Below, piece after piece: positions 36,258-47,050 of a stretch of DNA of 64,000 nucleotides. This DNA is from Octopus sinensis (taxonomy: Eukaryota). Each line of letters starts with the position of its first letter. Position 1 is the first letter of the stretch. The position numbers were made by a program, and so were the translations under genes. Location of the stretch: NCBI RefSeq assembly GCF_006345805.1, contig NC_043024.1:620001-684000 (forward strand), given 5' to 3'. The notes beneath the pieces are model-generated. The model did no database searches, was not told where the DNA came from, and was given only the letters and a program-made list of their open reading frames with translations.

Positions 36258-37184
36258 GTGTGTGTATGTCCGTCCCCCACCATCGCTTGACGTTTATGTA
36301 CCCGTAACTTCGCGGTTCGGCAAAAGGCAGTCGCGTAAGAATGGCCATTGTAAACGGCCAACACTAGAAGTGCCCCAGCATATCCAGAACCTTTAGGCTG
36401 AAACTAATACAAGCACACGCACATACACGGGGTATCGATGTTTGTTGGTAGCGGTTGAGACGAACCGTTAAGAATAAGTCCTGGGGGTCTATTTCTTCGA
36501 CTAAAAGGCGGTACTCCAGCATGGCCGCAGTCAAATGTCTGAAGCAAATCATAGTAAAAGAGAATATATATATTTAGAGAGAGAGAAAGAGTTGCTGTGT
36601 CAACCCTAATTGAAGCTAACCTTATAATCGAAGACATTCCAGCTGTGACCATCCCAACTTTTTTTTTTAGATTTCTTTATGTATGTTATATAATGGAGGT
36701 TCGGCTGCTATATCTAGCAAAGCTGATGTTTCACTTTGCTATTTTTCGATATTTTTTCGGTGGGGCTGTAGGGACATCCCGATCATTTATGATAAAAGAC
36801 ATAGCTGTGACCATTCTGTTTTTTATTCAGATTTAAGATTAGATTAACCAGTGTGTCCTTCATTTTTAGACGGTTGGATGCTATTCGAAGATTTTGCTGC
36901 TATTTCTAGCAAACTGTGCGACCACACAAAGGATCACTCGTTGATTCGTGCTGAATTTGGCAGATAAAAGAGATTGATATACAAAAAGATGGAAATAGAC
37001 TGTTTTAGAGCAAGTCTATATATATATTGTATGTAGAGATAGGTGTGTGTGTATATATAATTATGAGGGAGACAGTGGGGTAGGTTGCTAGGTAAAATAT
37101 GTAAAGTAGAGAGGGGATAGGTGAGCGGATGAGAAGGTGAAACAGAATGTTGAGAAGAATTAGATGAAATGGATAGCGGTTAGC

Positions 37185-37233
37185 CAACTTACGTAAGTGT
37201 TCTTGATCAACTTACGTAAGTGTTCTTGATCAA
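37185..37233. repeat. Exact 23-bp tandem duplication containing the palindrome ACTTACGTAAGT
   Basis: caacttacgtaagtgttcttgat twice, plus caa. Confidence 0.95.
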
Positions 37234-37458
37234 ACATATACGAAGTCTGGAAGTTAAGGTTGCCTGAAAAGCGTGTGTCGTGTGTGTGTGAAGTACTTAT
37301 AACATGGTATTGTTCCAAACGTGCTGTTTTCGGTTATAAAGCTATTCACTTTGTCCAAAAGAAATGTATTTGTCGTGATTATTTATATATTTATATACAC
37401 ACACGTATAAGTTTCTTTCCTCCGTGTGTGCATATATATATGTATATATATATATATG

Positions 37459-37855
37459 GATCTTTTCGGTTTGAACGGCAGTTTTTTCTAGCGGTGTCAT
37501 GAAATTATCACCCATAATTATGACCCTAGTATCGATCTATTGCATTTCAATCTATTTTAGGGTTAGGGGTGAGAGGAAGGGTATCTTTTTTTCTTCAGAA
37601 ATATAAATAAACCCAATCTGTTTCTTAAAACGAGGGACATATTCATACGGCACAGAATGTTTTCACCTCAATAGACGTCATTGATTGGTTGAAATTGCAG
37701 AAAAAACAACAAATATCTTACAAACTATAGAATTTTCTCAATAAAGCCAAGAGAAAAAGATGTTTTATAAATACATTCTACCAGTATACGAAGTTTAAAG
37801 GTGTTTAGTTACGTGGAAATTATTTTAAAAAACTGCCGTTCAAACCGAAAAGATC
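37459..37855. mobile_element. 397-bp MITE with perfect 29-bp TIRs
   Basis: gatcttttcggtttgaacggcagtttttt / aaaaaactgccgttcaaaccgaaaagatc, inserted in (TA)n. Confidence 0.9.
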
Positions 37856-40800
37856 TACATATATATATATATACACACACACAGATATACATTTAATACC
37901 TTGCCAAAACATGAGGGGTCTACATGGAGTAGAGGTGAATGTTTTCCAAGAAACACCTCGACCTCCTGCTGTCCAAGGTCCCAGATGAATCCACATCAAG
38001 AAACTCGAAAGAGGGCAGCAATATTGAACTCTCTCCATCACCAAAAGGCAATCGCGTAAGAATGGCCATTGTAAAGGTGATCACACTGGCAATGCCCCAG
38101 CATATCCTTTAGGCTGAAACTAATAAAAGCATACACACACACACATATGCACGGTGTATCGATGTTTGTTGGTAGCGGTTGAGACGAACTAAATTTATTT
38201 GTGAGTTAATTATTTGGTGAATCGATAGACGAGATTTTTCAGGACTAATGTTTGCTGGTTGCTTTTAGGTCTGCTTCACGTTTTCCACCCATCGGTCTGT
38301 CTCTCTTTCTCGCACACAAATACACATATCATACTTTCTTTCAATGTTAATCAACTGATTGATCTGGTTAAAAATTAATAATTACGAGGCAGCTGTTTTC
38401 CACTTTCTCAAAGGCATTAAGCCATTTCATTTGCCATTAATGACCTTGAGGAAAATAATATTCTATATTCATTTACCTCCATTCACTTAACAATTTGTTC
38501 TCACCATTTTAAGTGTAAAGAACCCAGACTCTGCAAGTCTCAACTTGTTCATCCAGCTTTTTTCATTCAATTTATTTCGGCAAATTCAGGAAGACAATTT
38601 TTAAGGGTTGCTACCGTAAATAAATGGCTATGTGCTTAGTTAAGTGCATTTCGTAATCACGTGGCTTGCTTCTAAATTTGATCTCATTACGCGGGAATAT
38701 CCCTTTTCTACATTATCGAAGGCACTGGTCGTACTCAACAAGCATTATCTAAGGGCGAAATTTGGTTTAGCTCCAGGTCATTCTAACTGAGCATGCCTAT
38801 AATCAAAGGCTTCTTTCTTTTTAAAGAGTGGTTGAATGTGATTTAGGGCAGTTTGGCTTCTATTTCTAACAGGTCGAACGACCGTCTCGTTGGCATTTTT
38901 GTTGTTGGTAAAGGCGTGGCTGGTTTAGCAGATGAATTCTTCACTCGATCTAACACCATCTTCTGGCTCCAGTATGAGGAATGAGATTTGTCTGAGGAAA
39001 CTCGGAGCATTCGCAAAGGTCACGGGTACCTTCCCGCCATAGTGTTTGTGATGTTCTTTGTAGCTGTGCTTCCTCTCTCTTGATTTCTTAGTTTCCTTCA
39101 TTGATTACTATGAATTTATAAACAGCGAATAGGCTGCTGCTTTCTTCTTATTTATATCTATATTTGCATGTGTACTGGAAGAAATAAACCTCGTGCTTTG
39201 CTTATCTAAAGTTACGTCAGTTGTCACTGTGGTGTATTATTGCAGGTAATACTGTTAAATTAAGTGGACTAACTAATCAATGAATTGATCCATGAAGTTA
39301 GTGGATTAATTTAATGTAGTTAATGCTGAAATACCGGTGAGAAAATAGCTTTATCTTTGCCTGTTAAGTTAGCTAACTTTCATCTTATATCTAGCTAACT
39401 TTCTCCCACCCACGCTTAACATCTTACTCTCTCTCTCTCTCTATGCATTATTTCTTCCATTTTTACATAGTTTTCCCCTTTTCCTTGTCTCTTCCCCTTC
39501 CTCACGTCTCCTTTTGCTCTATTATAGTCACCACAGTGCTATATATTACTCTTTTGTACGGATGTAATATATAATTGTAGATGCACACACACACACATAT
39601 TGGCTATAATGAACAAAAAAGTACTCTCTCTCTTCCTCTAAGTATGTTAAGTAATAATTTAATGACCTTAGGAAACGTTCGAAGACAGGAAGATTACGTG
39701 TAGACTCGGTCTGTGTGCGTGTGTGTATGTTGTCTGAATTTCACCTTCCTCTTGCAAAGATATTCAACTTCGGTGGCGGGATTTGTAGGAGTGAATTAAA
39801 TGGACTGGTGATAATGTATCAAGGCAGTACTCTACATTCTCTTTTCGTACACACGGAGGCGGTACTCCACTTTTTATTCGTGAGTGTGTGTGCACTCACA
39901 TAGCATACATACATCTACATATACTTTACCTATATTTAAACCTCACTCTAGACTGAATGTGTATATAAATAAATGTCTAGTATATATATGTCAGTAAAAA
40001 TCTGTCGGGCTGGTTCTACACCACGTGTGTGTGTGTAGCCTACAGAATTATTCTGTGCATATTACTCTTTTAAAACACGCTGCTCTTACGGACGTGTGAA
40101 TGCTAAATTTGTATATACCCATGGTGCGTATATGTGTGTACTTTATGCAGATGTTTATAAATGGATACGTTTATGCCCTATATGTGTATCCACATACACA
40201 AGGTACTCAGCGATTTTAATCGCACACTAATATGGAAATACTGACACTGGTAATTTCTATATAAATAAGTAGCCCACCCCTCTTTTTCTTTGGATTCCTG
40301 TTTTCGACAGGGAAGGTTCCAAATTTAGAATGTTATTTAGATTTTAACGTTTTTACGAGAAAAAGAAAAAGAGTTTTGAGTTTCTGGTTAGCTAATCCTA
40401 TCGACAAGGAATTAGGAAGATTTAAGAAAAAAAAAAAATCCCTGTTTTGTACAACAGCGCAAGAAAGGCTGAGAGATAAGAAGTTCGCTTCCCAAGCACA
40501 TGGTTCCAGATTCAGTGTCACTGCGTGGCATATTGGACTTCTACAATCTCTATAATCTCGAGCTGACCAAAGCCTCGTAAATGGATTTGGTAGAAAGAAA
40601 CTGATACAAGTCTTGGCGGAGGTAAAGAATACGTACACCACCCGTTTTCGGCGTAATAAAAATCCTAAACACCGGGTGTACGTATACTTTACTTTTGTCC
40701 AAGTTTTGTGCATGTATATATATGTCACATATTTGTCCCTCCTCCCCAGATTCTTCAATTGGGGGTGGGGATGGAAATAAAAATTTTTAAATGCCGTTTT

Positions 40801-41689
40801 CTTTTCTTTTTTTTTTTTTGTAGAATCAGAATCTCCATACTCGAAAATGGGGAATTCTGTTAAAAAAAAAAAGAATGAAAGGGGGTGTGGTCCACGTTCT
40901 TTACGTCCGCCTTTGCTACCTGTCAGTGGATGTTGATTTTTTTTAATGTCACCTGCTTACGATAATTTTTCACATGATTATAAAACAAAAGAGTACCAAT
41001 TACATTATTGCCTCTTGTAACTGTATGTTTGTGTATTTTTATATGGTGGTGAGCTGGCAGAATTGTTGGTATGCTGGGCGAAATTCTTAGCAGTATTTCG
41101 TTCAGTCATATGTTCTGAGTTCAAATTCTGATGAGGCCATCTTTCATCCTGTGGGGGTCGATGTAATCGACTTAACTCTTGCTTGCTAAGAGTATAGAAA
41201 ACTGCATCCCTTTTTCGAGCTATGTTGAACCAGTGAAGTGGACTAGGCTTATCAAACCAGTATGATCTCAAGCTGAAATTCATGGCCTCTGTATCAGTTT
41301 ACTCTTGGTGGAGAGAACTTTGTCTTGCAAATATTGCACTGATTGTGACTCTAAAAAGATAAGAACCCCGCCCCCAAGTCATGAATGACCATGGGATTAC
41401 ACCTAGAAAGTTCCCTTCTGAGGCACAAGTTTGGGTGAGGTTGTCTATGGAAGACCTGCAGTCGCCCATGCATACCGGCCTCCCTTCTCCACGCCACCAA
41501 TGTTATCCAAGGGAAGAAAGGCTGATACAGCTTGGCACCAGTGATGTTGCAACTTGTAGCTGAGTAGAACTGGAGTAGCATGAAATAAAGTGTCTTGCTC
41601 AAGAACAACACCCAGCCTTGTCTGGGAATCAAATTCACTACCTCATGATTGCGAGCCTGATGCTCTTTCCAGAGCCATGTGACTCTAGG

Positions 41690-42170
41690 ATTACAATATT
41701 CCCAGGTCCTGAGCATTCTGACTGCATTGCACTTGTGGGTTGATAGTAGAACACTTGAAACCTTTCAATATTGAACTGCAAGTTGTTTTTTTCAACTTCA
41801 CCTGTATATTTTGTTCAGGCCTTTCTTGCAGTTTTGAGTTATCATCAAAGTCTTTGACTGCCTACAATACTTACCCCTCAGTCATACATTCATGCACACA
41901 ATCACTGGCATAGCTTGTGAGTGTAGCTGAATATATGATTGAGGGCATGTCTGAGAGTGCCACCACAAACTGTAGAAACCCAGAACAGTACCGAGAGAGA
42001 GAGCACTATTGGTTGCCACTGTTTGGCACCGACATTTTCATTTGTCGTCCTAATTTTCCAACAATGCTGAGGTCAAGCAGCTTTTGACATTCCATGATCA
42101 ACTTTTATCAAAAGCCTTGGGCAAGTCAAGAGATATCACATTCACATTTAAATGAGTGAACTGTTATTTT
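41690..42170 (-). mobile_element. CR1/L2-like LINE reverse transcriptase fragment
   Basis: Frameshifted VISLDLPKAFDK(V)DHG, GTVLG...VALSDMP and TSYA(DD) remnants. Confidence 0.75.
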
Positions 42171-42584
42171 AGCATTGGGTTGTAATGCTATAGAAGGATT
42201 AGAGAGAGAGAGTGTGCGACATCTTTTACTTGTTTCAGTCATTAGACTGGGTGTTGCTGAGGCAGCAGCTTCAAGAAGTTTTAGTACTTTTTTTTCAACC
42301 CTGGTACCTATTCTATCAGTCTCTTTTGCCAAACTGCTAAGTTATGGGGAACAAACCCAAATATAAAGGCACACACGTGTGTGTGTGTATATACGATGGG
42401 CTTCTTTCAGTTTTGTCTACAAATCCACCCACAAGGCTTTGGTCAACCCAAAACTATAGTAGAAGACAAATATATGAGTAATTATTTGGACTTTTGGTAT
42501 ATGTCTATTAGTACGCTGATTAAAGCACATTCACCTCATACACACATATACACAGACACATCTATGTATACACACACACATGTC

Positions 42585-43425
42585 TCATCAATAAGGATCC
42601 GGACCATTGCCATAGTAATGAAGTTAAAGCATGCAGAGTGAAGCCGCTTGGCACAGATTGACCTTGAACTCTGCTGTGCACCAAGTTTAAACATTCTAGC
42701 CCATTTCCGCTGTTTACAGCATTGCTTGGAAGGAAGGTGTGTAGTGTGTGATCGTTGCATTCACCATCTCAGAAAAAGTTGAGTTGAGAATCTGCATCAA
42801 ATTTTGCCAAAAGCCTGACTCAGGGGCCTACACAAAGTTTTCATCATTCTCAACACAATCAAGGAGATCTTGTGCTACCAAAACCTGATTGTCTTTTCGG
42901 TCAGCTGAGAGTAGATTTGGCAGACACATGTCTCATACCCAAATCTTCAGTGATAATAGACTGAACTGAACCATAACTAATCTGCACATCCTCTGATAAT
43001 TCATGGACGGTGATTTGACAATTTCCCCTCACAGCCACACACATCTGCGATGTTTTTCTCAGTTCTGCAGGTTGTGTGTCTCCCAAAACGTTTGTCAATA
43101 TCAACATTTTTTCAGCTATCTTGGAAACATCTCAATCACTCGTACACTTGTGAGCAGCTCATACACTCCTCTCCATGCACTTTCTGCAACTTTGCGTAGG
43201 CCTCTGAGCAGGTATTGCCATGACAATGTTCTCTGCCATGGTCAATGCGATGATCACACACTACACACCTCCCTTCCAAGCACTGCTGTAAACAGCAGAA
43301 GTAAGCTAGTACATTAAAACTTACTGTGCATGCACAGCAGAGTTCTTTGCCAAGTGGTTTCACTCTGATTGTTTTAACTTTATCACTATGGCAACAGTCC
43401 GGATATTTATTGATCAGATCTCATA
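42585..43425. mobile_element. Mariner derivative bounded by two inverted 5' ends
   Basis: Left part 42585-42830 (+, EKVELRICIKFCQK) mirrors right part 43130-43425 (-). The middle encodes, on -, VHELSEDVQISYGSVQSIITEDLGMRHVSAK. Confidence 0.8.
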
Positions 43426-43447
43426 CATACATATATACGCACATATT

Positions 43448-43930
43448 GTGTCGTCCCATAAGTAATGCAATTTTTTTATACTTCTTATATTTTTCAAAAT
43501 TAAGATAAAGTTCTTTTTTAATCTAATATCTACTCTCCTCCATTTTCTACCATGCTATTCCATCTAGCTGGTCAACTTGCAAGGCCCCTCTTATAAAATT
43601 CTCTTGTCTGTGATGAAAAATACTCCTCCAGTACTCTTCTGACCTCATCTACAGAATTTATATTTTTTCCGTCCTAATGATTTTGAAGATTACGCAATAA
43701 AAGATAATCAGATGGGGCAATGTCTGGTGAATATGGTGGGTGGAGCATTGTTTCCTATTGAAACTGCTCCAGCCTTTCAAATGTCATCCTCGCTGTGTGT
43801 GGTCGAGCATTATCCTGATGGAAGAACACCTTTTGTCTTGAAATGAAAGATGGTTGTTTTTCTTCTGCTGTTGACTTAAGTTACTCAAGCTGTTCGCAGT
43901 AGATCTCCTTTGTTATTGCTTAGTTTCAGT
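43448..43930 (-). mobile_element. Mariner 3' fragment
   Basis: YSPDIAPSDYLLLRNLQNH...VDEVRRVLEEYFSS...LPARW. A homologous fragment lies at about 53493-53790. Confidence 0.85.
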
Positions 43931-43989
43931 TTAAAAGTTCAAAGTGGACTATGCCTTTCATATCCCACCAAACCGATATATACCCCCCG

Positions 43990-44540
43990 CCACATATACA
44001 CACATGTACGGACATGAAGCCAATCTACAGTTATCCCTCACAGTGACACCTTTATCAACCCTTAACGGCTTCCTAGGCCACATGTACCCAGTACTATCAC
44101 ACTTAACCGCTAAGCTCAACTCTTCCTAACCTTTCATTACTTTTTCTTCTGTAGAGTATTTTACAATCAAGTCACCAGGTTTCACTATAGGAACCAAGAT
44201 GCACCTCATTTATGCAAACCTGTGATTGTAGGATCAAGTCTTTACTCAATTCACAGAACCCACCTCTGATCTGGACAGTCATTAGATTGATGACCAAGTC
44301 AGTGCTACTGTGTTTACCAAACAATAACTCAATGGGCTCATCTCTTTCATTTAATTCTTATCTCACCTTAGAATTTACTTGTATGTTATCTGACACCTTC
44401 ATTACTTGATATTTCCATCATCATTAACAATATCCACCTGTTCACCTCCTTCCATTCATTACAAGCCTACTGATTTCCATTCTTATCTCTACAACTTTTT
44501 CTCATCCAAAACATTATATTTGCCATATGCTTCTCAGACG
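43990..44540 (+). mobile_element. Penelope-like reverse transcriptase fragment
   Basis: GFTIGTKMHLIYANL (cf. GTAMGTKMAPSYANL), a (Y)IDD remnant, and HYKPTDFHSYL (cf. HYKPTDSHSYL). Stops and frameshifts present. Confidence 0.75.
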
Positions 44541-44599
44541 CCCCTCCCCCTTCACCTATTCCAATGAGCAAAACAGATATTCCTACCTGAATTAAGAGT

Positions 44600-46050
44600 A
44601 TCCCTGATCAACTGGTTGCCGACACTATACCATCACCTTAATGATTTCACCTACCCTCTATAGGTGTTCCATCTCAGTCATGATGATGGTGATGTCGTCT
44701 GCGTATGCCGAAACTGATCCTCCACAACCTGGCTCCCTCAGGATGCTGTTCAACTTTCTCAGTAACTGCTCAAGAGCCATCACATACAAAAATGGTAAGA
44801 GCGGACATCCTTGGCGAACCGAATGTTTGATGCAGAACAGCTTTGAAAGAAAACCGTTCACCTGAACGATTAAGTTGATGTCATACAATTGAATGATCCA
44901 CCCAAGGACACCAAAACCCAGTCCGAACTGCGCAAGAACAGACACCAGGTAATGATGGTCAACCCTATCGAATGCTTTAGCTTGGTCTAAATGGACCAGT
45001 GCCCCACCCATGCCAGATTTACCATCAGATCCCTCTAAGGTGTAACGTAGAAAGTGGAGATTATCCTGGATGCTTCTGCCAGGAACGGCACATGTCTGTG
45101 CCTTTCTGATCTGACCATCTGCAACACACACCAGCCTTTTTGCTAATACCTTGGCCAAAATCTTCAACTCTGTGTTTAGCAGATTGATGGGCCTAAAATT
45201 ATCTATGCTATCCCCCTTGTCCGAGTCCTTTCTGACTAGTGTCACCACTCCTTGGCACACAGATCTGGGAATAATGCCATTCTACTGCCAGTTCGTGTAA
45301 ACACTAGCCAGTAGATGCCCAAAAAAGTCTAGCATACTCTTATACAATTCGTAAGGCAGACCATCAAAACCTAGCACCTTACCAATGCCGCAGTCTGCTA
45401 TAACCTCTATTACTTCTTCAAGTGTGATTGACCCTTCACAGCACCCTAAGAGGAAGTCCGAAAGGTCAAACCCACTATCTGGTCCATTGCTCCCCCGAAA
45501 AGCCTTACACATCTCCTCGGGTTCGTTTATCAACTCACCTTGTAGGTTCACCAAAGATCGAACTGTAGAATCATTTCTACGTTCGTTTTCCACCACTCGG
45601 ACCCATCCAGCAGCCTTGATCCCCTCACAACCCACTGCACGAAGTCTAGCTCTGACAATGCACCCCGTGTGTTTGGCTTCAAGGTGCTGGTTTAATTTCA
45701 GTCTCTTCACCTGGGATGCAGAGCCAGTTCCCATTGCTTCCTCTGGGGCCTTAACTAATTCTAGTTCTCTCCTAGACTCTCTAGCCATTAAACCAATGCT
45801 ATATCAAATAGTCTCAAATTTAATGGCTCGTTTGAGGGTGGACCACCATCTGTTTATAAGGGTTCCAATCAATGCCCTCTGGATTCACATCTTAATCCGG
45901 TCTCTGTACACTTCAATCACCAAAAGGGATGTATTGAGTTTCCGGTAGCTGGAACCTTGACTATATAGCCTTATCTGTGTTCAGCTTACAGGTAACTAGC
46001 TTGTGATCACTAGACCCGGAAAACCCGTCGCATCTTGACCATGTCGACAA
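44600..46050 (-). mobile_element. L1/Tx1-clade LINE ORF2 fragment (end of APE through RT)
   Basis: SDHKLV, SYRKLNTSLL, DGLPYELY, NFRPINLLNTELKILAKVLAKRL, DQAKAFDRVDH, QGCPLLPFLY, AYADDITI. Several stops. Confidence 0.92.
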
Positions 46051-46059
46051 TGGAATGTT

Positions 46060-46525
46060 ATGGTATTTCATTACGCAACCAAAATATACTATAAAGTATA
46101 TTAAATGTAATTATTATGTTAGGATTATTTCTACAGAAATCCTAGCCAGCCCCGGTTTTTTGCTGCATTTCATGTGAAGACATCAGATGTAAACAATGAG
46201 ATCGAAGACAAACACGTGTAATGAGTGTCTATGCCATAGTTCAGTTCTTGCCCCTTCATCAGCACCTCTGTATGTGGTGGCTATATAAGCAATGTGTTTG
46301 AAGGCAAGAGTGGGTTACGTGGGTGCTGATGAAGGGGCAAAAAACCCCCAAAATATGGCATAAAAATTTTTGCCTTCAATTTCATTGTTTGTTTACATCT
46401 GATGTCTTCACATGAAATGCAGCAAAAAACCGGGGCTGGCTAGGATTTCTGTAGAAATAATAATAACATAATAATAACATTTAATATACTTTATAGTATA
46501 TTTTGGTTGCGTAATGAAATACCAT
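46060..46525. repeat. 466-bp fold-back with long perfect arms
   Basis: Perfect complementary blocks of about 49 bp (atggtatttc...ttaaatgt), about 71 bp (ttatttctacag...gatgtaaaca) and 19 bp (ttgccccttcatcagcacc) around a spacer of about 55 nt containing ctatataagc. Confidence 0.95.
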
Positions 46526-46759
46526 GTACCTGAGCTGGCAGCATCGTTAGCAAGCCAGGCGAAATGCTTAGCAGTATTTTGTCTGCCGTTATGTTCTGAG
46601 TTCAAATTCTGCTGAGGTCGACTTTGCTTTTCATCCTTTCAGGGTTGATTAAATAAGTACCAGTTACGCACTGAAATTGATCTAATCGACTTAATCCTTT
46701 TGCTTGTCCCCTCTATGATTAATCCTCTGTGGGCAATAAAGAAATAAATGTTTACATAC

Positions 46760-47050
46760 CAGCTCCAGGAATGCATTTAATATGTAAATTGGTACATCCA
46801 ATAACTTTACACTGCTGTATGCGGTGGCTATATAAGCAATGTGTTTGGAGGCAAGACTGGGTTAGATGGGTGCTGATGAAGGGGCAAGGACCCCCACCGA
46901 AATATGGCATAGCCACTGCTTACCCATTTTTGTCTTCGGTCGAATTGTTTGTTTACATCTGATGTCTGAATACAAAACGTAGCAAAAAGTGTTGATTGTA
47001 ATTTCTGTAGAAATAACCTTGACAAAATACTATTTTGGCTGGATATGCCT
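46760..47050 (+). mobile_element. PLE pseudo-LTR-like unit with TATA box and hammerhead-like motif
   Basis: Direct homolog of 46270-46480. ctatataagc, then AGAUGGGUG-CUGAUGA-AGGGG..CCCC..-GAAA-UAUGGCAUAG-C-CAC...ACCCAUUU. Confidence 0.65.

Noticed and set aside
41726-41740. attgcacttgt, matching the 5' half of miR-92
   Set aside because: The 3' half diverges, there is no complementary arm, and it lies in a CR1-like LINE remnant.
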